Shown: piece after piece, positions 1 to 10,138 of the stretch
Layout of the letters: each line of letters begins with the position of its first letter
Numbering within the stretch: the stretch's first letter is position 1
Source: Escherichia phage vB_EcoM-UFV09
DNA: 64,000 nt
Sequence record: MZ291552.2
Direction: 5' to 3' (one strand)
Made by a program: the position numbers and the translations under genes
The notes under the pieces: model-generated
Told to the model about the DNA's origin: nothing
Database searches by the model: none
The model's input: only the letters and a program-made list of their open reading frames with translations

Positions 1-1100
1 GTCAGGGTGCTGCTAAGAAATTCGCTGCTTTGAAAGCAAGTGATACTCTTGAAGTTGGAACTATTTACACCCACTTCTTCCAGGACACTGGTACAGTATA
101 TCTGCAAGCTACAGAAGCTAAACAAATTGATTCAGGCGCATCTGACGCAGCTAAATTAGATGCTGAAATTAAGAAACAAATGGAAGCAGGTGTACTGGTA
201 GAAATCGCTGAAGGTATGGCTACTTCTATCGCTGAACTTCAGGAAGGTTTTAACGGTTCTACCGATAACCCATGGAATGAAATGGGCTTCCGTATCGATA
301 AGCAAGTTATCGAAGCTAAATCTCGTCAGCTGAAAGCTGCTTACTCTATTGAATTAGCACAAGACCTCCGCGCTGTTCACGGTATGGATGCTGATGCTGA
401 ACTGTCTGGTATTCTGGCTACAGAAATTATGCTGGAAATCAACCGTGAAGTTGTTGATTGGATTAACTACTCCGCTCAGGTTGGTAAATCTGGTATGACC
501 CTGACTCCGGGTTCTAAAGCTGGTGTATTCGACTTCCAGGACCCAATCGATATTCGTGGTGCTCGCTGGGCGGGTGAATCCTTTAAAGCTCTGTTGTTCC
601 AGATTGACAAAGAAGCAGTTGAAATTGCTCGTCAGACCGGTCGTGGTGAAGGTAACTTCATTATTGCTTCCCGTAACGTAGTTAACGTTCTGGCTTCAGT
701 TGATACCGGCATTTCTTATGCTGCACAGGGTCTGGCTACCGGCTTTAACACTGATACTACCAAGTCAGTATTTGCTGGTGTTCTGGGTGGTAAATACCGT
801 GTATATATCGACCAGTATGCTAAACAGGATTATTTCACTGTAGGTTATAAAGGTCCGAACGAAATGGATGCTGGTATTTACTACGCTCCATATGTAGCTC
901 TGACTCCACTGCGTGGTTCTGATCCGAAGAACTTCCAACCGGTAATGGGGTTCAAAACTCGTTACGGTATCGGTATCAACCCATTTGCAGAATCCGCTGC
1001 TCAGGCTCCGGCTTCTCGCATTCAGAGTGGTATGCCTTCTATCCTGAACAGCCTTGGTAAGAACGCTTACTTCCGCCGTGTATATGTTAAAGGTATCTAA
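1..1100 (+). CDS. 23: Major capsid protein gp23, C-terminal portion (5' end upstream of window)
   Basis: Open frame from nt 3 to stop at 1100; translation recognised as T4 gp23 C-terminus. Confidence 0.95.
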   Translation, partial: QGAAKKFAALKASDTLEVGTIYTHFFQDTGTVYLQATEAKQIDSGASDAAKLDAEIKKQMEAGVLVEIAEGMATSIAELQEGFNGSTDNPWNEMGFRIDKQVIEAKSRQLKAAYSIELAQDLRAVHGMDADAELSGILATEIMLEINREVVDWINYSAQVGKSGMTLTPGSKAGVFDFQDPIDIRGARWAGESFKALLFQIDKEAVEIARQTGRGEGNFIIASRNVVNVLASVDTGISYAAQGLATGFNTDTTKSVFAGVLGGKYRVYIDQYAKQDYFTVGYKGPNEMDAGIYYAPYVALTPLRGSDPKNFQPVMGFKTRYGIGINPFAESAAQAPASRIQSGMPSILNSLGKNAYFRRVYVKGI

Positions 1101-1114
1101 TCTTTGACGATTTA

Positions 1115-1132
1115 AGGGACCTTCGGGTCCCT
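1115..1132 (+). terminator. Stem-loop (UUCG tetraloop) plus T-rich tract downstream of gene 23
   Basis: agggacc-ttcg-ggtccct followed by ttagttgttttta. Confidence 0.5.
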
Positions 1133-1148
1133 TTAGTTGTTTTTATGG

Positions 1149-1156
1149 TATAAATA
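1149..1156 (+). promoter_or_regulatory. T4-type late promoter for gene 24
   Basis: Exact TATAAATA about 28 nt upstream of the gene 24 ATG. Confidence 0.6.
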
Positions 1157-1183
1157 AATCATATAAACTGAAAGGAAAGCGCA

Positions 1184-2467
1184 ATGGCTAAAATCAACGA
1201 ACTTCTGCGCGAATCAACCACAACGAATAGCAACTCAATCGGTCGCCCAAATCTCGTTGCTTTGACTCGCGCTACCACTAAATTAATATATTCTGACATT
1301 GTAGCAACGCAAAGAACTAATCAACCTGTTGCTGCTTTTTATGGTATCAAATACCTTAACCCAGACAACGAATTTACATTTAAAACTGGTGCTACTTATG
1401 CTGGCGAAGCTGGATATGTAGACCGAGAACAAATCACAGAATTAACAGAAGAGTCTAAATTAACTCTCAATAAAGGCGATTTATTCAAATATAATAATAT
1501 CGTTTATAAAGTATTAGAAGATACACCATTTGCTGATATTGAAGAAAGTGATTTAGAATTAGCTCTTCAGATTGCAATTGTTCTTTTAAAGGTTCGTCTA
1601 TTTTCTGACGCAGCGTCAACAAGCAAATTTGAAAGCTCTGATAGTGAAATTGCGGATGCTAGATTCCAGATTAATAAATGGCAAACCGCAGTTAAATCTC
1701 GCAAACTTAAAACTGGTATCACAGTTGAATTAGCACAAGATTTAGAAGCAAACGGATTCGATGCTCCTAATTTCTTAGAAGATTTGCTTGCAACCGAAAT
1801 GGCAGATGAAATCAATAAAGATATTCTGCAGTCTTTGATTACAGTATCAAAACGTTATAAAGTTACAGGAATTACTGATACTGGATTCATTGATTTGAGT
1901 TATGCATCTGCACCTGAAGCTGGTCGTTCATTATACCGAATGGTATGCGAAATGGTTTCACATATCCAGAAAGAATCAACTTATACTGCAACGTTCTGTG
2001 TTGCTTCAGCTCGTGCTGCTGCGATTCTTGCTGCATCAGGTTGGTTAAAACATAAACCAGAAGATGATAAATATCTTTCACAAAATGCCTATGGGTTCTT
2101 AGCTAATGGTTTGCCGCTTTATTGCGATACTAACAGCCCATTAGATTATGTAATCGTTGGCGTAGTAGAAAATATCGGTGAAAAAGAAATTGTTGGATCA
2201 ATTTTCTATGCTCCATATACAGAAGGTCTCGACTTAGATGACCCTGAACATGTAGGTGCATTTAAAGTTGTGGTTGATCCAGAAAGCTTACAACCGTCTA
2301 TCGGTTTATTAGTTAGATATGCTTTATCTGCAAATCCTTACACCGTAGCAAAAGATGAAAAAGAAGCAAGAGTAATTGATGGTGGAGACATGGATAAAAT
2401 GGCGGGTCGTTCAGATTTGTCTGTTTTATTAGGTGTTAAGCTACCGAAAATTATCATTGATGAATAA
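1184..2467 (+). CDS. 24: Capsid vertex protein gp24
   Basis: 427-aa ORF, size and sequence as recalled for T4 gp24; directly follows gene 23. Confidence 0.95.
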   Translation: MAKINELLRESTTTNSNSIGRPNLVALTRATTKLIYSDIVATQRTNQPVAAFYGIKYLNPDNEFTFKTGATYAGEAGYVDREQITELTEESKLTLNKGDLFKYNNIVYKVLEDTPFADIEESDLELALQIAIVLLKVRLFSDAASTSKFESSDSEIADARFQINKWQTAVKSRKLKTGITVELAQDLEANGFDAPNFLEDLLATEMADEINKDILQSLITVSKRYKVTGITDTGFIDLSYASAPEAGRSLYRMVCEMVSHIQKESTYTATFCVASARAAAILAASGWLKHKPEDDKYLSQNAYGFLANGLPLYCDTNSPLDYVIVGVVENIGEKEIVGSIFYAPYTEGLDLDDPEHVGAFKVVVDPESLQPSIGLLVRYALSANPYTVAKDEKEARVIDGGDMDKMAGRSDLSVLLGVKLPKIIIDE

Positions 2468-2472
2468 AACAA

Positions 2473-2498
2473 AGGGACCGAAAGGTCCCTTTTTATTT
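2473..2498. terminator. Bidirectional hairpin (GAAA tetraloop) between convergent genes 24 and rnlB
   Basis: agggacc-gaaa-ggtccct followed by ttttattt. Confidence 0.5.
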
Positions 2499-3501
2499 AG
2501 CTCACCAACTCAATCCAAGCCGGACGAAGTACATCTTGTACCATTTTAACTAATTCCTTTTTAACCAAAGAAGGATTATCCGCTTGAGTTAGAGTAATAC
2601 CTTCACGAGAAGTTTCTTCCAAAATATCTTGAACAGTTAATCCCATCACCTTTCCAAAATCTTTTGGACCAATTTCGCCAATTTTGGAAATAACGTTATT
2701 TACTCGGTTCAATGTAACATAACAAGCTAAAATTCCAACCAATTTATTATCAGCTTCTGACAATTCAACTTTAGCTTTAATAGGCTTATCAGACTTTTTC
2801 TTTTCACTAAATTTAGAGTTCTTGCATTTGATGGCCACACGATTGCGATTAGGCAGCCAAGAAGGATAACAAGGTTTCAATACATATCCTTCAGCAGTAA
2901 ATACTTCGCCTTTTGCTTCGGCATTCCAAACGCATTTATTTGCATCAACTAATCCAGCATGGTCTACTGTAAAATTATAATCTTGGACGACAGAATCTAA
3001 ATCATTTGGCAATTTAATAAGCTCTTCAAATTTACCGCGACCTAAAAGTGGAGCCATTTTAAATTTAAATGTATTACAGAATGATTCCATCATATAATCA
3101 TCGACATAAGTCACATCACCACTTTCTGTAGTGACAATAATGTCAAATACATAAAAATCTTTATCACCATAATCAACATTCTTCTGAATGCCAGGACCAG
3201 CGAATTCGCCAAATACCTGATAAGTCACAACAGCTGAAGTTTCCATAATATCTTGTACTGCTTTAATGGAATCAGCGTAATTCTTTAGAATAATTTCATA
3301 CCCAAAGAAATCTTCAGCAGGAAGAATCGGTCCAGTACGTTTAGCGCAAGTTAATTTATCACGCTCAATAATCAATGAGAAATTTGTGCCGTGAATCTTT
3401 TCACGAGCTACCCATTCGCCGCCAGTCAATCCCAAGCTATAAAGTTTTTCAATAAATTTAGAGTTGTAATGATTTTCAAGACTGCTATACTTTTTAAACA
3501 T
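2497..3501 (-). CDS. rnlB: RNA ligase 2 (Rnl2)
   Basis: 334-aa ORF; sequence recognised as T4 Rnl2; T4 position after gene 24. Confidence 0.93.
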   Translation of the reverse strand: MFKKYSSLENHYNSKFIEKLYSLGLTGGEWVAREKIHGTNFSLIIERDKLTCAKRTGPILPAEDFFGYEIILKNYADSIKAVQDIMETSAVVTYQVFGEFAGPGIQKNVDYGDKDFYVFDIIVTTESGDVTYVDDYMMESFCNTFKFKMAPLLGRGKFEELIKLPNDLDSVVQDYNFTVDHAGLVDANKCVWNAEAKGEVFTAEGYVLKPCYPSWLPNRNRVAIKCKNSKFSEKKKSDKPIKAKVELSEADNKLVGILACYVTLNRVNNVISKIGEIGPKDFGKVMGLTVQDILEETSREGITLTQADNPSLVKKELVKMVQDVLRPAWIELVS

Positions 3502-3510
3502 AATTAATCC

Positions 3511-3789
3511 TCAAAATGTAATTTCTAACCAATCACCATCACGCTGATCACTATTGACTTTAAAATTAAATCCTTCTTTTCTCAACCAATCACCAATTTC
3601 TTCAGTAATCAATTTATCGCGAGCAGTACAATAATAACTAAAATATGTTTTACCTTGTTCAGCTGCTTTATTAGCAAGTTCTGAAAAATCTTTAATAAAG
3701 CACTCTAGCTTAAACTGTTTGCTTTTTAATGCTTTTTCGCGTAATTGATTAGCAAAAGATTCATTTTCATAAAGATCATACTGTTCCAT
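3511..3789 (-). CDS. 24.2: Hypothetical protein 24.2
   Basis: 92-aa ORF at the T4 24.2 position. Confidence 0.7.
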   Translation of the reverse strand: MEQYDLYENESFANQLREKALKSKQFKLECFIKDFSELANKAAEQGKTYFSYYCTARDKLITEEIGDWLRKEGFNFKVNSDQRDGDWLEITF

Positions 3790-3991
3790 TTTTCACCTTT
3801 TTATTGATATGTCTTTTTCTATAGACAACTTTTTCTCGAGTTTCAAATTTATTCTTAGCAGTCATAGCTCGAGCCCATAATACAGCCACTTCTTTTGCCT
3901 GTAAGTTCAATTCACGAGCAATTTCAATGAATGACTTTCCAGACTCATGAAGAGTAAACACCACAACCTCAGTTCTCATAATCAATCTCAT
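3776..3991 (-). CDS. 24.3: Small basic protein 24.3, possible helix-turn-helix
   Basis: 71-aa ORF at the T4 24.3 position. Confidence 0.7.
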   Translation of the reverse strand: MRLIMRTEVVVFTLHESGKSFIEIARELNLQAKEVAVLWARAMTAKNKFETREKVVYRKRHINKKVKNGTV

Positions 3992-4080
3992 GTTATTGAG
4001 TTGGTGCCATTATATACATCGTTTTCTGATTGTGTTTTGTGTGCTTTCAAAATGAAGAAAGGGGCCGAAGCCCCTTACGA

Positions 4081-5499
4081 TTATGGATAGGTATAGATGA
4101 TACCAGTTTCTAAAGCTGTTTTGTGAATGATGTATCCATTACGCGATTCTTGGACATCAACTTCTGGATAGTCTTTCATCATCTTCTGAAGCGTATAACG
4201 ATGCAAGTAGTACTTACTATCTGGGTCGTCAGTTTTCCAATCTTTACCTTCTTCAGTCATTTTTTGGATTTCATCCATAACCCACCAACCGCACCAGATA
4301 TAAGCTGAAGTACGGTGCGGAAGAGGATGAACATAAGGCAATTCACCTTCTGGTTCTGGAGCAACTTTATCAGTCACTTGAACTTGACCTGTTGTTTTAA
4401 CTGTTTTGCTATCATAATCAGTTGCTGTAACGACAGCAGTAACTTCAATAGTTTGACTTCCAACAGATGAGGTATCGACAGTATATACGTTAGTTGACCC
4501 TTCTACAGGAGAAGAATCTTTCTTCCACGAGTAAGTAATTTGTGCTTCTTCTGGAGCATCCGTAACATTAGCAGTAAATGTAGCCGAAGCATCTTGCTGA
4601 ACGTTAATAGAAGGAGGAGTCAATGTAACCTGTGGATTCATTGTCTTCTTATTAACTGTCAATGATACTTCATTAGAAGTAACTTCCTTTTCATTGTAAT
4701 TTTCTGCTGTTACTTGGGCTACGCATTTAATTCTTTTTACTCCACTTGTAGTTGGAGTATAGCTAAATGTAGAGTTAGTTTCTCCACCAACTTGTGAATC
4801 ATCTACATACCATTTATATGTAGCAGACGCTCCATCAGGTTGAGAAGCTAAGGCAGCAGTAAATTGAACTGGGGTTCCAATTACTCCAGCTGAAGGACTA
4901 GCAGGAGTTACTGCCAATGTAGTTGTCTGTGTCTTTTTATTAACAGTCAGTGATACTTCATTCGAAGTAACGGTTTTTTCATCATAATTTGTCGCGGTTA
5001 CTTGAGCTACACACTTGATTTTTTTAACTCCGCTTGCGGCAGGAGTGTAATTGAATGTAGCAGAAGTCGCTTCGTCTACAGGAGAACTGTCAACGTACCA
5101 TTGATACGTAGCAGATGCACCTGATGGCTGCGAAGCTAAAGCAGCGGTAAATTTAACAGCTGTTCCAATTACTCCTGCTGGAGGACTATTGGGAGTTACG
5201 GCTAAGGTAGTCGTCTGAGTTTTGTTTTTGACTGTGATAGTTGTAGTAGCTTCTGCTGTTTCAGCTTCAGATTCTGGAACTGTATTTGTTGCAACAACTT
5301 TAATAGTCTTTTAACCAGCAGGACCTTTTAATACATAATCAAAAGTTGCTTCAGACCCATCTTGTGGAGCATTATCTACACTCCAAGCATAAGTAATAGT
5401 TCCACCTCCAGTTTCACCACTGGGTGCAGCAGTAAACTGCTTGGTTTCATCAATAACTCCTGACGGTGCTTTAGGAGTTATATCAACTGTAAAAGCCAT
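4081..5499 (-). pseudogene. hoc: hoc (outer capsid decoration protein) interrupted by a single in-frame TAA at 5311..5313; reading frame otherwise open for 471 codons with four Ig-like domains plus capsid-binding C-terminus
   Basis: Track ORFs 5311..5499 and 4081..4917 are in one frame; I translated 4918..5310 by hand and found no other stop; stop falls where I recall T4 Hoc having Gln (GPAG-Q-KTIKV). Confidence 0.8.
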
Positions 5500-5508
5500 A
5501 AGTTATCC

Positions 5509-6189
5509 TTATTTTAATGTTACGAAAGAAGAATTGCGTGTTTCACGAATTAAAACTGATCCGTCGCGATTAATGTAATAAATTAAGCTAAACAAAGTTT
5601 GGTGTGCTGACGCGTGTTCAAAACTAGTTGGATGAGATTTCCAATCAGGAGTTTCAGCGATCCATTGATAAATCCACCAAGGAACCGTACAGAATCCTGG
5701 ATTTTTCCCCAATAATTGAAGATTCGGGCTAAAGTTTTCCGGAAGAGTAAATACAGACGGCTTTTCAGATTCAATAATCTCAGCTACAGCTTGTTCAAAC
5801 TTTTCTTCAACAAAAGGAGTGTCTTCAATCAAAACATCAGTATTTTCAGGAATTTTATCCGTTTCTACAACTTCAATTTTAATATCAGATTTAACTGGAG
5901 AATCAATCAGAAGCGCTGCTTCTGGATTAACTTCTTCATCGTCATATTTTAATCCCTCTGCAGCATCAGCAGCATCAATTAAGTCTTTAATAGATAACCC
6001 ATCAGTCTCTGGCATAGGTTCACTAGCGAGCTTCTGGAGGGCTTCTTCAATATCAACAACGATATTATCAAAAGATTTATTCTTTTTGACCTTTATACCA
6101 AACTGTTCAGCATATTCAGCTAATTTAGCTTTAGCTTCTTTATTATCATCAAGAGCCTTCAGCTCTGCAATATAATCTTTATCTATCAT
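5509..6189 (-). CDS. inh: Inh, inhibitor of prohead protease
   Basis: 226-aa acidic ORF immediately upstream of hoc, as in T4. Confidence 0.8.
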   Translation of the reverse strand: MIDKDYIAELKALDDNKEAKAKLAEYAEQFGIKVKKNKSFDNIVVDIEEALQKLASEPMPETDGLSIKDLIDAADAAEGLKYDDEEVNPEAALLIDSPVKSDIKIEVVETDKIPENTDVLIEDTPFVEEKFEQAVAEIIESEKPSVFTLPENFSPNLQLLGKNPGFCTVPWWIYQWIAETPDWKSHPTSFEHASAHQTLFSLIYYINRDGSVLIRETRNSSFVTLK

Positions 6190-6202
6190 AATATTTCCTC
6201 AG

Positions 6203-6210
6203 TATAAATA
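6203..6210 (+). promoter_or_regulatory. T4-type late promoter upstream of uvsW
   Basis: Exact TATAAATA about 30 nt upstream of the uvsW ATG. Confidence 0.5.
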
Positions 6211-6239
6211 TAGATATATTTATTACATGGTATTTAGAC

Positions 6240-7751
6240 ATGACTGACATTAAAGTACATTTTTATGATTTTAGTCACGTGAGAATTGATTGTGAAGAAA
6301 GTACATTTCATGAACTCCGTGATTTCTTTTCGTTTGAGGCCGATGGATATAGATTTAACCCTCGCTTCAGATATGGCAACTGGGATGGACGAATCCGTCT
6401 TTTAGATTATAATCGCCTTCTTCCATTCGGCTTAGTCGGGCAAATTAAAAAGTTCTGTGATAACTTTGGCTATAAAGCCTGGATTGACCCACAAATTAAC
6501 GAAAAAGAAGAATTATCAAGAAAAGATTTTGATGAATGGCTTTCTAAATTAGAAATCTATTCAGGAAATAAAAGAATTGAACCACACTGGTATCAAAAAG
6601 ATGCAGTGTTCGAAGGATTAGTTAATCGTCGTAGAATTCTTAATCTTCCAACATCTGCAGGTAAATCTTTAATTCAAGCTTTGCTTGCACGTTATTATTT
6701 GGAAAATTATGAAGGTAAAATTCTTATCATTGTTCCAACAACTGCTCTGACAACTCAGATGGCTGATGACTTTGTTGACTATCGTTTATTCAGTCATGCA
6801 ATGATAAAGAAAATTGGTGGCGGAGCATCAAAAGATGATAAATATAAAAATGATGCACCAGTCGTTGTTGGTACATGGCAAACTGTAGTAAAACAACCAA
6901 AAGAATGGTTCTCACAATTTGGAATGATGATGAATGATGAATGTCATCTTGCTACAGGAAAAAGTATTTCATCTATCATATCAGGTTTAAATAACTGCAT
7001 GTTCAAATTTGGTCTATCAGGTTCATTACGTGATGGCAAAGCCAATATCATGCAGTATGTTGGAATGTTCGGTGAAATATTTAAGCCAGTAACGACTTCT
7101 AAATTAATGGAAGATGGGCAAGTAACTGAGCTAAAAATTAATAGTATTTTTCTTCGTTATCCTGATGAGTTCACTACTAAATTAAAGGGAAAAACTTACC
7201 AAGAAGAAATAAAAATTATTACTGGGCTCAGTAAAAGAAATAAATGGATCGCTAAATTAGCTATTAAGCTTGCGCAAAAAGATGAAAACGCTTTTGTCAT
7301 GTTTAAACATGTATCGCACGGTAAAGCTATTTTCGATTTAATTAAAAATGAATACGATAAAGTTTATTACGTATCAGGGGAAGTTGATACCGAAACCCGC
7401 AATATAATGAAAACCTTAGCTGAAAATGGTAAAGGAATAATTATAGTAGCTAGTTATGGTGTATTTTCTACTGGTATTTCAGTTAAAAATCTGCATCACG
7501 TTGTTTTAGCGCACGGTGTTAAATCAAAAATCATTGTATTACAAACAATCGGTCGTGTATTACGTAAGCATGGTTCTAAAACAATCGCAACTGTCTGGGA
7601 CCTCATAGATGATTGTGGTGTTAAGCCAAAATCTGCTAATACGAAAAAGAAATATGTTCATTTGAACTATCTTTTAAAACACGGCATTGATCGTATTCAG
7701 CGCTACGCAGATGAAAAATTCAATTACGTAATGAAAACAGTTAATTTATAA
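6240..7751 (+). CDS. uvsW: UvsW, SF2 DNA helicase for recombination and repair
   Basis: 503-aa ORF with Walker A (PTSAGKS) and DExH-like (MNDECH) motifs; recognised as T4 UvsW. Confidence 0.95.
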   Translation: MTDIKVHFYDFSHVRIDCEESTFHELRDFFSFEADGYRFNPRFRYGNWDGRIRLLDYNRLLPFGLVGQIKKFCDNFGYKAWIDPQINEKEELSRKDFDEWLSKLEIYSGNKRIEPHWYQKDAVFEGLVNRRRILNLPTSAGKSLIQALLARYYLENYEGKILIIVPTTALTTQMADDFVDYRLFSHAMIKKIGGGASKDDKYKNDAPVVVGTWQTVVKQPKEWFSQFGMMMNDECHLATGKSISSIISGLNNCMFKFGLSGSLRDGKANIMQYVGMFGEIFKPVTTSKLMEDGQVTELKINSIFLRYPDEFTTKLKGKTYQEEIKIITGLSKRNKWIAKLAIKLAQKDENAFVMFKHVSHGKAIFDLIKNEYDKVYYVSGEVDTETRNIMKTLAENGKGIIIVASYGVFSTGISVKNLHHVVLAHGVKSKIIVLQTIGRVLRKHGSKTIATVWDLIDDCGVKPKSANTKKKYVHLNYLLKHGIDRIQRYADEKFNYVMKTVNL

Positions 7752-7776
7752 GGGCTTCGGCCCTTTGGAGAAAAAG

Positions 7777-8010
7777 ATGTTACTAGAATTTAAACAATTT
7801 CTTTATGAAGCTTCTATTGATGAATTTATGGGTAAAATTGCCTCTTGTCAAACATTAGAAGGTTTAGAAGAACTTGAAGCTTATTATAAGAAAAGAGTCA
7901 AAGAAACTGAATTAAAAGATACTGATGACATCTCTGTGAGAGATGCTTTGGCAGGAAAAAGAGCTGAATTAGAAGATTCAGACGATGATGAAGTAGAAGA
8001 AAGTTTTTAA
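7777..8010 (+). CDS. uvsW.1: UvsW.1 small acidic protein
   Basis: ATG with GGAG Shine-Dalgarno; track ORF 7765..8010 begins at an upstream non-ATG codon. Confidence 0.8.
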   Translation: MLLEFKQFLYEASIDEFMGKIASCQTLEGLEELEAYYKKRVKETELKDTDDISVRDALAGKRAELEDSDDDEVEESF

Positions 8011-8065
8011 ATAAAAAAGGCCCAACCAAAAAAGGAAGGGCCAAAACTATAGACTAAAGGTCACA

Positions 8066-8233
8066 CTATAGCAAAAGTTGTGTTTCATTTAATTGTTCTT
8101 CCGAACTTTCTGAAACTGGTAGTTCTTTAATGTAATTATAGCAAGGCCCAGGATGTACAGGACCTTTGTCTGTTTCAACAACCAATGCAGAATCGATTGG
8201 AGTTTTACAGACAACACAAATCTTATCTGACAT
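8066..8233 (-). CDS. uvsY.-2: Small Cys-rich protein (CxxC...C, possible zinc ribbon)
   Basis: Start re-assigned to internal ATG with AAGGAG Shine-Dalgarno; TATAAATA on minus strand at about 8259..8266. Confidence 0.6.
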   Translation of the reverse strand: MSDKICVVCKTPIDSALVVETDKGPVHPGPCYNYIKELPVSESSEEQLNETQLLL

Positions 8234-8356
8234 GATTGTCTCCTTTTGAATATAGTAATATTTATAAACCCATTTTAATCCGCATTTCTTGTACACGGAT
8301 TAAGCAAGCTTCCATCTCTGCTAATAGTCGAAATACTTCTTTATAATCTGTCATAT

Positions 8357-8584
8357 TTACCCCATATCTCTCATATGCATATCAATGCCCATATCTTTAG
8401 AATAAAAATATTCATCAAGATATCCGGCAAATTTTCCTTTAATATAAAGAACATCTTCACCACATGGGTGGTCGGCCAGGATACGAATATCCTGACGCTT
8501 AAGATTATGCTTTTTCATTAAGAATTGAATTTCCGTTTCAAATTCTTCTTCATAATTAAAAGCATCATCAATGCTATATCTCAT
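8357..8584 (-). CDS. uvsY.-1: Hypothetical protein uvsY.-1
   Basis: 75-aa ORF immediately downstream of uvsY. Confidence 0.7.
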   Translation of the reverse strand: MRYSIDDAFNYEEEFETEIQFLMKKHNLKRQDIRILADHPCGEDVLYIKGKFAGYLDEYFYSKDMGIDMHMRDMG

Positions 8585-8997
8585 TATTTTCCAGCCTCAA
8601 ATGCTCGCATGTCTTGAATATGCTTAATAGCAAATCCACGTGATTTAATAGCATCAAGAGCTCCGCTACAGAAATCTAATAAAATTCCCCAATATTGTAA
8701 TGAAGTATCAACCTTTAAAACATCCTTATCAGCTGATAGGACTGTCTTCATTTCTGATTTCTCGTAACGATCCATACTAAATTCATCACCATCTCCTCGT
8801 CCCGAGTAGTAATCTAATTTAGCTTTAAGAGCAACTTTTTTCTGTGCTTCAATTCTAAGCATTTCCTTTTTAATACTTGAATGCTTATTAAGCCATTTAC
8901 TATATAACATCACATTATTAGCTGCTTCATACTGTAATTTAGTCGAATCTATAAACACATCTTTCTTCAATTCTTCTTGAAGATCTTCTAATCTCAT
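8584..8997 (-). CDS. uvsY: UvsY recombination mediator
   Basis: 137-aa ORF; sequence recognised as T4 UvsY. Confidence 0.95.
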   Translation of the reverse strand: MRLEDLQEELKKDVFIDSTKLQYEAANNVMLYSKWLNKHSSIKKEMLRIEAQKKVALKAKLDYYSGRGDGDEFSMDRYEKSEMKTVLSADKDVLKVDTSLQYWGILLDFCSGALDAIKSRGFAIKHIQDMRAFEAGK

Positions 8998-9037
8998 ATT
9001 GTTCTCTATTCAATTGTTATTGGATGGACTTAGATTC

Positions 9038-9065
9038 ATTATACCACGTTTTAACGTGAAGCATT
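9038..9065 (-). promoter_or_regulatory. MotA-dependent middle promoter for uvsY
   Basis: Minus strand reads AATGCTTCA (MotA box), 13 nt, then TATAAT; box overlaps the 3' end of gene 25. Confidence 0.55.
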
Positions 9066-9462
9066 ATACCCTATTACTGGAAGCCAGTTGCAGTTTTATC
9101 TGCTCAATATCATCAGGATTATCGATGACCGAAAAGCGTATTTCTACTATCAGAGTATAATCATCATAAACCGGTATTACATTAACTGCTAATTTATCAA
9201 TACGTGGCTCATAGTTTCTTACTGCGCTTTCGATATTGCGCTCAACCGTGTCAGCAGTAAGAGGAGTCATATTCTCAAAAAGCTGGTCAGATAAATCACA
9301 TCCAAATTCAGGGTCAAACGGTCTTGAACCTTTTCTTGTTGTAATAATTCCTAAAAGACTATTTTTAATTGACCTTAATCCAAGTGATCTTGAAACGTCT
9401 TTGTTCCAATCCATTTTCATCTCTGGGTCAATATCAGAATAAAGCTTATTAATATTTGCCAT
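9064..9462 (-). CDS. 25: Baseplate wedge protein gp25
   Basis: 132-aa ORF; T4 gp25 size and sequence. Confidence 0.95.
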   Translation of the reverse strand: MANINKLYSDIDPEMKMDWNKDVSRSLGLRSIKNSLLGIITTRKGSRPFDPEFGCDLSDQLFENMTPLTADTVERNIESAVRNYEPRIDKLAVNVIPVYDDYTLIVEIRFSVIDNPDDIEQIKLQLASSNRV

Positions 9463-10088
9463 TACAATAGCTCAAAGAATTCTTTGAGTCCTCTTATTAC
9501 ATGAGCGTGAGTTTTTCCACACTCTGGACATTTAATTGGAACAGCCAAATAAACAGTAGGCTTTAAAAGAATATCTTTTATAGCTACAATATCTGACTCT
9601 GTGATGATAGAATATAAATCTTCCAACTCTTTTTCATTCAAGTCTTCAACTGGAATGCTTTCCCCGTTAGCGTGAATCGTTTCTATACATGATACTATCA
9701 TGTGGGCTATATTTTTATCATCAAAAATTTTAGGGTAATGGAATTTAATTTTAATGTCACCCAGTGTATACCAGAGGTCTTCTGGTGCATCTATTTGTGT
9801 ATGTAATAGATTTATATGGGTTGGTATTTCAGTTCCGCAGGTGCACTTCCAGGAGTTTTCGTGATTAACTTCGCCAAGAGAATGTGCCCATAAATGAATC
9901 AACAATAGTTCTGATTCTTGACGATTTAAATCTTTTGCATTTGTGCAGTCTTTGATTAGCTTTTTAACAATTACTTCTACGGAACCATTATTTTTGGCAG
10001 TAATAAGTTCTAGATATTCTTTAAGCGTGAATGCGCGACAATTGATTATTTTAGAACCAACTCTCACATCAAATTTGTATTCATACAT
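9462..10088 (-). CDS. 26: Baseplate hub protein gp26
   Basis: 208-aa ORF at the T4 gene 26 position. Confidence 0.9.
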   Translation of the reverse strand: MYEYKFDVRVGSKIINCRAFTLKEYLELITAKNNGSVEVIVKKLIKDCTNAKDLNRQESELLLIHLWAHSLGEVNHENSWKCTCGTEIPTHINLLHTQIDAPEDLWYTLGDIKIKFHYPKIFDDKNIAHMIVSCIETIHANGESIPVEDLNEKELEDLYSIITESDIVAIKDILLKPTVYLAVPIKCPECGKTHAHVIRGLKEFFELL

Positions 10089-10109
10089 ATTTAGCTCCTT
10101 TATTTATCA

Positions 10110-10121
10110 TATTTATAAATA
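10110..10121. promoter_or_regulatory. Divergent overlapping late promoters within the palindrome TATTTATAAATA (gene 51 on plus, genes 26/25 on minus)
   Basis: TATAAATA readable on both strands between divergently transcribed late genes. Confidence 0.55.
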
Positions 10122-10138
10122 GAATAAAAGGAGCATCT

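Noticed and set aside
5583-6175. Three overlapping ORFs (63, 78 and 118 aa) on both strands
   Set aside because: All fall inside the inh coding region in other frames or antisense; the inh frame is the one consistent with T4 organisation.
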